Positions 28,256-41,702 of a DNA stretch of 64,000 bases are shown one piece after another. Within the stretch, counting starts at the first letter, position 1; each line of letters begins with the position of its first letter. A model generated the notes under the pieces. That model worked only from the letters and a program-made list of their open reading frames with translations. It was not told where the DNA came from and made no database searches. Both the position numbers and the translations under genes were made by a program. The stretch is taken from NCBI GenBank assembly GCA_951406725.2, contig OX597837.1, positions 7,874,001 to 7,938,000 on the forward strand, given 5' to 3'. This stretch comes from Octopus vulgaris. Lineage: Eukaryota.

Positions 28256-28419
28256 CACTGTATTTCAACATGTATAAAGAACCCCTAATTTTGGGGGTTT
28301 AACATTTAGAAAAAAGGTTTTGTAAGGCATTATAATACTATCCATGTGTAAGAAACCTTCATATTTTTTAACCTAATTTTTGACAAAAAAAGGGTTCCTT
28401 ATACAAGTTAAAATATGGA
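28256..28419. mobile_element. pogo-like MITE, degenerate
   Basis: Imperfect TIRs ctgtatttcaacatgtataaagaaccc / gggttccttatacaagttaaaatatgg. Confidence 0.6.
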
Positions 28420-28720
28420 ATATATATGTGTATATATATATATATGACTAAATATACTTAAGAACAGGTTCCTGGTTTGGAACCATCTCTGTATAATATC
28501 CACTTCCTTAAATAGATCATCATCATCATCACTACCACCACCAACACATCACAGCACAACCACCACTACCACTACCACCAACACATCACAGCACCGCCAC
28601 CACCTCACCGACACCTTATTACCGTTGTCTCACCATAATTTGCTTCTGTCTAAACAAATTTTGCAGACATGTTGACAGTCTTTTACTACTACTACTACTA
28701 CAACTACTACCACCACCACC

Positions 28721-28751
<31 letters not shown>

Positions 28752-29330
28752 ATACTACTACCACTACTGCTACTACCCTATTACAACCACCACCATCACT
28801 ACCACTAATATTTCTACCACTACTACTCCCACCACAACCACAACTACTACTACTACTACAACCAACACCACCACAGTTACAATACTAGTACCAATACCAC
28901 TATTGCTACTATAGCCTCACCGTGGCTACTACCACTGCAACTACAGCCTCGCCACTACCATCAGCACAACTACCACTACCACCATCACAGTGACTAGTAG
29001 TACCACCCACGCTGCCTCTGCAACTAAAACACACTACCACTACAATCACAACTGCCACTACAGGCAGACTACCACCACCACCACCACTACAACCACCACT
29101 ACCACCACCACCACTACTACAACCACTTAATATACCAAGTGACATTTAAAACCAAAAGGTGCTATTGATTAAAATATCAGGAGGAGGGTGTACAGGTGGT
29201 GGTGGCGGTGGTGATGAGGATGAGGAGGATGGTGGTAGATGATGTAAAGAGAAAGAAATTATCAATTTTCCTTCGTTTCTCCTACTAGCCAATCCTCACT
29301 TGTTCCTCTTATCATGACTGGGGAAATATA

Positions 29331-29362
<32 letters not shown>

Positions 29363-29419
29363 AGACGTGTATGTGCACGTTTGCATTAGTGTGTGGATGT
29401 GCACACACATGGGTGTCTG

Positions 29420-29427
29420 TGCAAATC

Positions 29428-29497
<70 letters not shown>

Positions 29498-29662
29498 AGA
29501 GAGAGAGAGAGAGAGAGACAGGCAGATAGATAGATAGATAAATATTGATTGATAGATGGATAAAGAGAGAGAGAGAGAGAGATATGGGTTCATAAATAGA
29601 CAGTTAGATGGGTTCATAAATAGACAGTTAGATGGGTGCATAGAGAGACAAACTGATAGATT

Positions 29663-29694
<32 letters not shown>

Positions 29695-29725
29695 TACAGA
29701 CAGATAGATAGATAGATAGATAGAC

Positions 29726-29758
<33 letters not shown>

Positions 29759-29990
29759 TTGATAGATAGATAGATAGATAGATAGATATTGATAGATAGA
29801 TAGATAGATAGAGAGATATTGATAGATAGATAGATAGGTAGATATTGATAGATAGATAGATAGAGAGATATTGATAGATAGATAGATAGGTAGATATTGA
29901 TAGATATAGATAGATAGATAGATAGGTAGATATTGATAGATAGATAGATGGATGGATGGATAGGCAGGTGGAAGGGTGACAGACAGATAT
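29420..29990. repeat. Compound (TA)n/(GA)n/(GATA)n microsatellite
   Basis: Directly visible. Long (TA)/(CA) compound tracts also occur at ~1150-1780, 9230-9760, 20140-20770, 30000-30600, 31370-32200 and 51350-52130. Confidence 0.95.
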
Positions 29991-30229
29991 ACATATAAAT
30001 ACAAATATATATATATGCACAATGTATATATTTTTATGTGTATAATGCCTGTATGTATACATTAATACATACATATACTCTTAAACATATATATTGTATA
30101 TATGCATACATATATAATATTACTACACATACATACCCATACACACGTGTGCATTAATGTGTATATTAATGCATACGTATATGTGTGTTTGAGTATATGA
30201 GAGTATTCGTGAGTATTAATCTCTCTCTC

Positions 30230-30265
<36 letters not shown>

Positions 30266-30443
30266 TTTATGTGTGTGTATTTTATATTCATATGTGAGTA
30301 TATACATTCCTATTTATTTTGATGCAAAAATATGCATATATAAATGCACATTATATATATACATGTATATATATATGCATTTATATATGTATATATATAT
30401 ATGTCTATATATATAAATATATATATGCATATATGTATATATA

Positions 30444-30477
<34 letters not shown>

Positions 30478-32280
30478 TATATATATGTATATATATATAG
30501 ATATGCATGCTTGCATATATACACAAGTCATGTACATATTACACAATAATACATACATGCACACATACAGAGACCTCATTTCTGAAACTCATACACATTT
30601 ATCTACTAGACACACACACATACACACGCAGAAAATAGCATTTTCGAAAAAGTACAAAATGTTAAAGTTTAAAAGCACAAAACTATATCAAACAAAAATA
30701 AAAAGTAGATATAAAAATTTAAAACACAAAAACAACACAAGAACAAAAAAAAAATAAGAAAAAAAAAAAAAAAAAATCAATAAATCTATTTTAGAAAAAT
30801 AATATTTTAAAAAATTAAGTAGAAATATATGGAAAATGTAATTTCGAAAAAAAAAAAAAATAAATAAAATAAAATTTTTTTTTTATACTCGATCAATCTA
30901 TTTTATATTTTAAATATTTCTTCGTGATGATGATGATGATGATGATGATAGTGGTGGTGGCTGGTGATGAGGATGATGATGATGATGGAGTTGTTGGTTG
31001 TGGTGGTGTCGCTGGTGGTGGATGCTGTACCTGTTGTTGTTCGATCTTTCTACTTGTATTTATTATTATTATTATTATTATCATCATTATTATTATCATT
31101 ATTATTATTATTATCATTGTCAGAGTAGAAGAAAGAATTTTTGTTGTTCTTATAGCTAACCGATCACATTGTAGTAGTAGTGGTGGTGGTGGTGGTAGTA
31201 GTAGTAGCTATTGTTATTACAGTTGTCATAAGTAGCAGTAGTAGCAGCAGCAGCAGTAGGAATGTTATGTAAAAGCTATTTATTTATTTTTTTCTTTACC
31301 CAACCTATCCCTTGAAGGTAAATATCCCAGATTCTCACAACAGGTGAGATTTAGTCTTCAGATGGGTACACACACATACATACATACACACATATGCATT
31401 CACATACACATAACACACACCTCCATATAAGCATCTATAGATACATACACAAATTATATATATATATACACAAACACACACCCATGCATCCAGACATTCA
31501 TATATGTGTGCATTATATATACACCCACACATATATATGCATATATAACATGCATAATGAAAATTTATAAAATACATATATATACACTCACGCATGCACA
31601 TACACACACACATAAATACACTTGTATATACACGTCTATATAGACACATACATGTATGTGCAGATTTGCATACAAATAAACACACACCAACAAATATCTA
31701 TAATATACATACATATACATGAACAGACATAACCAAAGTCTTTAACACACATATACATACACACATACTTACATATAGGCATACACACACACACCTATAA
31801 ACATACATACATATAGGCATACACACACATACATATAAGCATACACACACATACAGGCATACCCACACATACATGTAGGCATACACACACACATATACAT
31901 ATAGGCATACACACACATACACATATAGGCATACACACACATATACATACACACACACATATACATACACACATACATATACATACACACACACACACAC
32001 ATACAAATAGGCATACACACACATACATACAAATAGGCATTCACACACACACAAATAAACATACAGTCACATCCACACACACACAAATAAACATACAGTC
32101 ACATCCACACACACACAAATAAACATACAGTCACATCCACACACACACACACACATACACACATACAAATAGGCATACAGACACACACATATATAAGTAT
32201 GTATAACGGTAACTAAGTGGAACACATGGAGGTCCACTGCATGCACTCTAGGGGACCCATATGCAAGGCAATATTCAATA

Positions 32281-32830
32281 TTCTTTTCTACTCTAGGCAC
32301 ACATCCCGAGGGGGCCAGTCGATTAGACTGACCCCAGTATGCAACTGGTACTTAATTTATCGACCTCGAAAGGATGAAAGGCATGGTGTGCCTCAGTAGA
32401 ATTTGAACTCAGAACGTAAAGACAGACGAAATACCTATTTCTTTACTATCCACAAGGCTAAACACAGAGGGGACAAACAAGGACAGACAAACGGATTAAG
32501 TCGATTACGTCGACCCCAGTGTGTAACTGGTATTTATTTAATCGACCCCGAAAGGATGAAAGGCAAAGTTGACCTCGGCGGAATTTGAACTCAGAATGTA
32601 ACAGCAGACGAAATACCTATTTCTTTACTACCCACAAGGGGCTAAACACAGAGGGGACAAACAAGGACAGACAAATGGATTAAGTCGATTACATCGACCC
32701 CAGTGCATAACTGGTACTTATTTAATCGACCCCGAAAGGATAAAAGGCAAAGTCGACCTCGGCGGAATTTGAACTCAGAACATAAAGACAGATGAAATGC
32801 CGCTAACCATTTCACCTGGCATTTCTGCCA
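32281..32830 (-). mobile_element. SINE family B array: two B1 units joined in register to a B2-tailed unit
   Basis: Junctions gacgaaatacctatttctttactac at ~32430 and ~32615; the terminal unit ends in the B2 tail (gtgcctagagtagaaaag). Confidence 0.88.
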
Positions 32831-33390
32831 AGGTAATATTCAATATGATACAACTGTTAAAATGCTGTTTTATTTATGAGACACCAAGTGTGTGTATGTG
32901 TGTGTGTCTGTGTGTATGTGTTTGTGCGTATGGACACACACTAGATGCCCCTTATACATGGCAGCACATGTATATAGTGTATATAAGTGTGAGTGTATAC
33001 GTAAAGTGTCAGGTATGGAGAGAAGAAAACAATACCGAAATAACACAGGCATACAATATTTAGAGATTCAACTGCTTGATACACGGATACTGCTGATCAT
33101 TAAGCAAACAACCTGCACAGGTGAGTTGTTTATAATGATCAAATGTTTGTGCTATACATCAACTAATTCCCTCCAACAAATCGACATTGCCCAGGGACAA
33201 CAGTAGAAGACACTAACGCAAGGTGCCCCACAGTGGGACTGAACCCCAGATTGCTTGATTGCAAAACAAGCTTCTTAGTCACTCAACCATATAATCATCA
33301 TCATTGATTTATGTCTGTTTTCCATGCTGGCATGGGGTGGATGGTTTGACAGAGGCCTGGAGAGCCAGCAGCTGCATCAGGCTCCAATCT

Positions 33391-33875
33391 AGTCTCAAAG
33401 ACATACATCATCTCGAAAGAGTCCAGAAGCTGGCTACCTGCATGGTTCTTGGTCTCAAGCATTTGTCTTATGAAGAAAGGCTGAAGACGCTCGACCTTTA
33501 TTCTCTAGAAAAACGATGACACCATGGTGATCTCATTCTTGCTCACAACATCATAAGCGGAAAGCGTAACCTCTCGAAAGAGCTGTTCTTCACTCCTGCT
33601 CCTGAGTGTCGGCTGTGGGGTCACTCCGAAAAGTTCTATCTGCGATGATTTCATCTCAATCGAAGGAGTGGGGCTTTCTCCATCCAGGTTGCAGATCCGT
33701 GGAATAAGCTGCTGGACGAGATAGTGAAGATGCCGACGACCGCTCGGTTCAAAGTCTCTCTTGACCACAAGTGGCCTGAACTCTTTACATGAACACCACC
33801 CTGTACATAACTCTATGTCCCCCTACATGGCCTTGCTTTTTGCTTTTTGAGCCAAAAAATTAACTTAACTTAACT
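33391..33875 (+). pseudogene. CR1-clade LINE 3' fragment inserted in a family C copy
   Basis: [44 protein letters not shown]...PWNKL with in-frame stops; (TAACT)n tail; family C sequence flanks it at 33295-33390 and 33876-34100. Confidence 0.9.
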
Positions 33876-34440
33876 TACAGCTGGATGCCCTTCCCAATGC
33901 CAACCACCCTGAGAGTGTAGTGGGTGCTTTTTTACATACCGCCAGCACAGGAGCCAGTCAGAGGGTACTGGCGTTGGTCACAATCGGCTGGTACCTTTTT
34001 ACGTGCCATCGGCACAGGAGCCAGTAAAGCAGGCCTGGCAACGTCTACGTTCGGATGGTGCTTTTTATGTGCCACCAGCACAGGAGCCAGTGAGGGGACA
34101 CCAGTACAATGGATTTGTAAAATTGTTCAAGGACCGGTGGGCAGGATGCCCTCTGGTGCCTCTTCTGGTCCTTTGCATTCTTACAGCAATCCTGGTATGG
34201 ATGCTGGAGCCAGGGTGTATCAAGCAGAATCTGATGCCTCTCCCTCAGGTAACATCAATTCCCACCATCACTTGGCAACTGATGTTAGTATTTACGTCCC
34301 CATAACTTAGCGGTTCAGCAAAGGGACCAATAGAATAAGTACTAGGCTTACAAAGAGTAAGTGCTGTGGTCAATTTGTTTGACTAAAGGCGGTGCTCTAA
34401 CATGCCCGCAGTCAAATGATCATAATAAGAATAAAAGAAA

Positions 34441-34583
34441 ATATTCCCTTCTCAGATTCACACACTTATTGCAGCGGTCCTTCAGTTTTTCTAAGCCCTG
34501 TGAAAGAACTCAGAAGGTTGAACCTCCAGCCAGGCCTTTCACGATACCCTTAAAGCCAGGAACTTCTCAGCATCCCCTCATGT
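34441..34583 (-). mobile_element. Internally deleted mariner element (second copy ~34990-35117)
   Basis: Minus strand: TIR-like gaggggatgctgagaagttcctggc joined to QGLEKLKDRCNKCVNLRREY (mariner C-terminus). Confidence 0.7.
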
Positions 34584-35249
34584 ATGTGAATGTGTGTGTG
34601 TGTGTATATATGTATATATATATATATAAAGGGGTTTGTGTGATTGTGTATTGAGGGATATATATTATTCAAAGAAATTCCAACTATGTTTTTTATGTTT
34701 TATTTATATTCTTTATAATATTAATGTAGAATATAGAATATATAGTATAGATAATATATATAGTAGTAAAATGAAGAAATGTCTTATTGAATAGATGAAA
34801 TGTTGAATATCAAATACTAAGGGACTAGTATACTTTCATGCGTTATAGCAGTCTTCAAGGTCCCAAGTTGTGACAGGAGGGTTTCAACTGTATGTATATG
34901 TATATATATATATATACACACACATAAGTTCCAAGCTTTGGGAAAAGCAAAATACAGGAGAATCAGAATTATGATTTTATTCACTATAATCCCTCTCGGG
35001 TTCACACACTTATTGCAGGTTTTCTGATCCCTGTAAAAGAACTCAGAAGGTTGGGCCTCCAGCCAGGCCTTTTGTAATATCCTTAAAGCCGGGAACTTTT
35101 CAGTACTCCCTCATATGTAGCTGAGCTATATGTCTGTCATGATCCATAAGACTCATAATGCCAAAGTTTCAGTTTCCATGGAAAATAATTGAGATTATAA
35201 TTAATACCCTTAAATAGGACGCCGGTCTATCACAAATGCAACATCAACA

Positions 35250-35565
35250 GGCACTCCATCGGTTATGACAAAGAGGGCTCCCAGTTGATCCGATCAACGG
35301 AACAGCCTGCTCATGAAATTAATGTGCAAGTGGCTGAGTACTCCACAGACACCCTTAACATAGTTTTCAGGGAGATTCAGCTTAATACAAAGTAACAAGT
35401 TTGGCCCCTTTGAATTACAGGTACTACTTAATTGTGTCAGGTGAGTGGACTGGAGCAACGTGAAATAGAGTGTCTTGCTCAAGGATAGAATGCGCTGCCT
35501 AGAATTGAACTCATGACTTTACGACTGTGAGGCTAATACCCTATCCACTAAGCCGTGCACCTTCA
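35250..35565 (-). mobile_element. SINE family D1-like
   Basis: Shares the 3' half of 5832-6210 in reverse orientation and has a tRNA-like head. Confidence 0.75.
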
Positions 35566-35659
35566 TATAAATCCAACACATACACACACACAACAGCACA
35601 CATGTATACAATAGGCTTCTTCTAGTTTCCGTATACCAAGTCCACTCACAAGGCTTTAA

Positions 35660-35881
35660 CCCTTTCGTTACCGTATTTATTTTGAGATGCTCTGTGTTTC
35701 TTTAAATTATTTTTAATATAACAAAGAATTTAGTAAAATAACTTAGTTATCATTAAAGCAAGTGTTAGGAACATAAATTGTGACAAAGGTTTGGTGGAAG
35801 ATTTTAACTGAAAACTTATGAAAACAAGACATTGGTACTACAGAGCCAGAGCTGGTTTCAGCCGGGTTGGTAATGAAAGGG
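35660..35881. mobile_element. piggyBac-like MITE, copy 1
   Basis: TTAA at 35656-35659 and 35882-35885; TIRs ccctttcgttacc / ggtaatgaaaggg. Confidence 0.9.
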
Positions 35882-36185
35882 TTAAGGCCTACATTTCCAT
35901 GCTTCCAAAATAGGAATCAAAGAGAGCCAATAGGTAAAAAAATGGTTTGAGAAACACTAACATGGATGATCTATCAATTAGATTCTGTTGACCAAAATTC
36001 TTTTTGCAATGCTTCTGGCTGGGACAAAGAATTCATTGCAGAAAATATTTTTCAATGATTTTGCAAAATGGGATTAAATTTGGAACTGCAATTTAACCAG
36101 TCTAACTTCTTAAACACAGCCATGTTTATTGCTCATAGCTATAGTCTGCAGATACAAGGAATACTTTATCATCATCACTATTTAA

Positions 36186-36404
36186 CCCTTTCGTTACTAT
36201 GTTTCTTTTGAGATGTTCTGTGTTTCTCTTAATTAATTTTAAATATAACAAAGAATTTACTAAAATAACTTATCATTAAAGCTGGTGTTAGGAACATAAA
36301 TTCTGACTAAGGTTTGGTGGAAGATTTTAATTCAAAACTTATGGAAACACGACATTTGTATTACAGAGCCAGAGTTGGTTTCAGCCAGGTTGGTAACGAA
36401 AGGG
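36186..36404. mobile_element. piggyBac-like MITE, copy 2 (direct orientation)
   Basis: TTAA at 36182-36185 and 36405-36408; same TIRs and body as copy 1. Confidence 0.9.
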
Positions 36405-37223
36405 TTAAGTCAACTCAGAGCTGTAATAGAAGACCCTTACCCAAGGTGGTATGCAAGGAGACTGAACCCTAAACCATATGGTAGGGAAGTGACCGTAGGT
36501 GTAGCAACAACCAAACTTAATGTCAATTTAATGTAAGCATCTGTTATGACGGTTAGATTGTGTCAAACATAGAGAAAACGACGACAGAATTCTGAAAGAG
36601 CTGCATATCTGTGAGCTTTTGTCAAGAAACACAAAGAGGAAGACCCAAGCTATATCACGAAAATATCAATAAGAATAGCCTGATCAAGTGCCTTATTGAT
36701 CGGGTTATTCTTATAGATATCTTTTGAAATGCTGCTGGCATCTTACGTCATCATCTTCACAGTGTTTCTTGAGAAATCTCAGCTATTGATTGCAAAAGGT
36801 GGGTAAGTTTTACAAGCAAACAGATGAAGAGCTTAAGGACAGCAACCAGCGGAAATGTCAGAATTATAGAACAGGAGAAGGTGATGAGTTGGCAGAATTG
36901 TTAGCACGCCAGGCAAAATGCTAACTGGCATTTCGTCCGTCTTTGCGTTCTGAGTTCAAATTACGCCGAAGTCGACAAATTAAATACCAGAGAAACAGTA
37001 TGGGGGTCGATGTAGTTGACTAGTCCCTTCCACTCCTGCACCTATATATACATATATTTATATATAACAGGCTTCTTTCAGTTTCCATCTGCCAAATCCA
37101 CAAGGATATAGCAGAAGATATTTGTCCAAGGTGTTACGCAATGGGAATGAACCTGGAACCATTCAGTTGCGAAGCAAATTTCTTACCACACAGCCACACT
37201 TGTGCCTAAATACCACATAATAT

Positions 37224-37668
37224 GTCATAATATACATCTGGAAGATCCTGGAGGGACTTGTCCCAAACTTTGGCATTGAGAGTTACACAAATACTAGAAC
37301 TGGGCGCCACTGCATAGTGCCAAGGACTCCAAATTTGCCATCAAGATGTAGGACAAGATACTGTGATAGCCTGGGTTTCAGAGGTCCACAGCTCTTCAAT
37401 ATCATCCCGAAGGACCTGAGGGACCTGAATGGGGTGGATGCAGATGTCTTTAAAATAAAACTGGATCTCTTCCTGTCAGGTGTCCCAGATGAACCAACTT
37501 CACGGCAGGAGGTGCAGATGAGGGCAGCTGCATCAAACTCTCTCATGCACCAAATGTCAATTGCTAAAAAGCATTCGTGAAGTAAAATCCTGTAGCAACA
37601 CCGAATGGCGGTGCCCCAGCATGGCCACAGCTCGTGAGCTGAAACTAGATAAAATGATAAAATGAAAA
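37224..37668 (+). pseudogene. CR1-like LINE ORF2 C-terminus and 3' UTR
   Basis: IIYIWKILEGLVPNFGIESY...GFRGPQLFNIIPKDLR...FKIKLDLFLSGVPDEP...SNSL, stop at 37580, then a short UTR and tail; a reverse 3' fragment lies at ~48240-48340. Confidence 0.88.
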
Positions 37669-38344
37669 TGACAATGGTTGTAAATGAGTGCCTCCGGCAT
37701 ACAAGCAGGGTGATTTATTTCCAGTCTTCCATGAGAACTTAACTGCTCATGATGAAATATTAGTTTGCTTGGAAACAGGTGAGGGTTGGGGACAGGGAGA
37801 GTACCCAGGTTCAGAAAAACCTAGTTCGATGAAATTCATTTGATCCATGCAAAGCATGGGAAAGCAGATGCTAAAATGATGACAATGATGATGATAGCAA
37901 CAAAAACGCCCACAAAGACATCTGTCATACACTCATAACCGCACCCATACGCACACACATGCATATATACATATATATATATATATGCACACAAACAAAC
38001 AAAGGCACACTAACATATACAGCCATACACACAACCAACCACACATACACATTCACATACGAACACAGACACACTACAATTCACACCCACACAGTCTCAC
38101 ACACACATATTATGTAACAGATGTTCCCTTGCTACATACAAACACACATATACACACACACAGTAACAAGCTCTGTGAGAAAGACGAAGAGAGTGAGAGA
38201 GAGAGTAACCTAGTTTAACCCTGGGTCAGTTGTCCTTATAGAGTAGATTTATAATCACCGATACTCCAACTGTGGCTATCCTGTCTTTTATTTAGGCATC
38301 GTCTTATCTAACAATGTCCTGTGCCCACATATGCACATATATAC

Positions 38345-38968
38345 ACAAAAGCACCCATTACACTCATGGAGTGGTTGGCATTAGGAAAGGCATCCAGCCA
38401 TAGAAAACCATGCCAAATTAGACTAGAGTCTGGTGCAGCCCCTCAGCCATGCCAGCCCTGATCAAACCATCCAACCCATGCCAGCATGGACAACGGACAT
38501 TAAATGATGATGATGGTGATGTATATACACACATGCACACACACAGACATGCATATATGTATGAATATATATACTCTTTTACGTGTTTCAGTCATTTGAC
38601 TGTGGCCATGCTGAAGCACCGCCTTTTAATCGAGCAACTCGACCCCAGGACTTATTCTTTTGTAAGCCCAGTACTTATTCTATCGATCTCTTTTGCCGAA
38701 CCGCTAAGTGACGGGGACATAAACACACCAGCATCGGTTGTCAAGCAATGCTAGGGGGACAAACACAGACACACAAACATACACATATATATATACATAT
38801 ATACGATGGGCTTCTTTCAGTTTCCATCTACCAAATCCACTCACAAGGCTTTGGTCGGCCTGAGGCTATAGTAGAAGACACTTGCCCAAGGTGCCACACA
38901 GTGGGACTGAACCCGGAACCATGTGGTTGGTAAACAAGCTACTTACCACACAGCCACTTCTGCGCCTA
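38345..38968. mobile_element. Family C 3' end (plus) followed by SINE A (minus)
   Basis: The same arrangement is repeated at ~39300-39893. Confidence 0.85.
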
Positions 38969-39254
38969 TATATATATATATATATACGTATAGGAAAACA
39001 AGGATTAAAGAAGAATCTTGTATAATTTCTGAGATCTGAGAGATACAGGATTCAGTTCTCTGTAGCTGCCTGCTGGCAATTCTTTCTTTCTGTCTTCTAG
39101 GGATATTTACCAAATTTTCTAGGCTGTTTTCACACCTATCCCACGTTTGAAATTCACTTTATTTTCAGTAAAATACACACATACACACACACACACACAA
39201 GCACATGCAAGCACACACACATATAAGACCAAGGGTTTCGGGAATATGCTGTGC

Positions 39255-39893
39255 TTATGTCGTGGAAGATACTGGTGTCATGCAAATGGCACCTTTTACT
39301 GGTGGCACACAAAAGCACCCATTACAGTCACGGAGTGGTTGATGTTAGGAAGAGCATAGAAAACCCTGCCAAATTAGACTGGAGTCTGGTGCGGCCCCTC
39401 AGCTTGGCAGCCCTGATCAAGCCATCCAACCCATGCCAGCATGATGATAATGGTGATGATGTATATACACACACACAGATATGCATATGTGTATGTATGA
39501 ATATATATACTCTTTTACTTGTTTCAGTCATTTGACTGTGGCCATGCTGGAGCACAGTCTTTAGTCGAGCAAATCGACCCCAGGTCTTATTCTTTGTAAG
39601 CCTAGTACTTATTCTATCAGTCTCTTTTGCCGAACTGCTAAGTTACGGGGACATAAACACACCAGCATCGGTTGTCAAGCGATGTTGGTGGGGACAAACA
39701 CAAACATATACATATATATATATATGTACAACAGGCTTCTTTCGGTTTCCATCTACCAAATCCACTCACAAGGCTTTGGTCGACCCTAGGCTATAGACAC
39801 TATAGAAGACACTTGCCTAAGGTGCCATGCAGTGGGACTGAACCAAGAACCATGTGGTTGGTAAGCAAGCTACTTACCACACAGCCACTCCTG
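39255..39893. mobile_element. Family C 3' end (plus) followed by SINE A (minus), duplicate
   Basis: Shares the junction gtatgaatatatatactctttta with the 38345 copy. Confidence 0.85.
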
Positions 39894-40114
39894 CATATAT
39901 AATGTAAATATATATACATATTTTTGTAAGGATGCATGTGTGTGTGTGTATTCAATTCAAATGAACAATTAATTCAAATAAACGAACAAAAATAACGAAC
40001 AAGCGGAATATGTATAAATATAAAGATATAAATATTTTAAAAGACTGAATAAATAATAGATGTTCTTCAGTGTGTAACATATGGTGTGTGTGTGTGTGTG
40101 TGTGTGTACATGCA

Positions 40115-40145
<31 letters not shown>

Positions 40146-40580
40146 ACATGCACACGTGTGTGTGTGTGTGTGTTTGTACCATGTGACACATGAGTGAACA
40201 GGAGCAGTTCTTGTGATCTGCTCTACATTGTTAAGGAAACAATAACAACAACGACAACAATATGAACAATGAAAGCCAAGTGTCATCAGATGAAAACAGT
40301 TTTATTGTGAGCCAGCACTATCACCATGACCACTATTACTACCGCCTTTACTACTGCTACTACTACTATTACAATAACACCACCACCACTGCTGCCACTT
40401 ATACAATTACTTCTACTACTGCTGGAGCCAATTTTACATTCTAGTACTTCCAACAAATTCATCATCATCATCCTCATCACCCTCATCATCATCATCACCC
40501 TCATCGTCATCATTACCATCATCATGGGCCACCATCCTGCTATGAAAGCAACAATCATCATTATCATCATCACCGGCATT

Positions 40581-40980
40581 ATTCTTTTCTACTGTAGGGA
40601 CAAGGCCCGAAATTTTTGGCGACGGGGCCAGTCGATTAGATTGACCCCAATATGCAACTGGTACTTAATTTATCGACCCCTGAAAGGATAAAAGGCAAAG
40701 TCGACCTCAGTGGAATTTGAACTCAGAACGTAATGACAGACGAAATACCTATTTCTTTACTACCCACAAGGGGCTAAACACAGAGGAGACAAACAAGGAC
40801 AGACAAACGGATTAAGTCGATTATATCAACCCCAGTGCGTAACTGGTACTTAATTTATCGATCCCGAAAGGATGAAAGGCAAAGTTGACCTCGGTGGAAT
40901 TTGAACTCAGAAAGGAATGACAGACGAAATACCTCTAAGCATTTTGACCGGCGTGCTAACGATTCTGCCAGCTCACCACC
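40581..40980 (-). mobile_element. SINE family B: head plus B1 unit plus B2 unit
   Basis: In-register junction at ~40750. Confidence 0.88.
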
Positions 40981-41702
40981 TTTCAGCATTACTAACACCA
41001 GTATTACCATCATCACAACCACCATCATTATCATCATTAAAACCACCACTAACCTTAACACCAGCATCACAATCATAGCCACCACCACTATTACCATCAT
41101 CATCACAACCATTACCACCACCACCATCATCATCAGCATCATTACCACTAGCGTGACCCTTATTTGCTTTACTGTTACTAACTAAAACACAAGCCTCTAT
41201 ATCAGTGGTTCCAAGCCATTTCACTACCAAGAACCCCTTTTATTTAAATGAGTGTTCCCAATGATCCCAGGATATTGAAAGGTCTGTCAGCTGAACATGT
41301 TCATGGACACCCACCTCATACTACCTTTGTGGGGCAAGTTAAATCATTGGCCAAAAAAGGATGTAAAGCAAAGCTGACTTTGGTAGGATTTGAACTCAAA
41401 ATGCAAAGAGTTACAAGAAATGTCACTAAGCATTTTGTCTGATATGCTAATGATTCTGCCAACTCACTTCCTTAAATGGTTTTCAGATTTGGCATAAAGC
41501 CAGAAGAATTAGTGAAGGAGACTCATAAAAACCCATGTAATTTATGCATTGTTTTTCACAAACTTAAAAATAAATTTTAGGGGTGCATAAATTACGTGAG
41601 TGGCTGTGTGGTAGGCGCAGGAGTGGCTGTGTGGTAAGTAGCTTGCTTACCAACCACATGGTTCCGGGTTCAAAGAAGCCTGTCGTATATATGTATACGA
41701 CC

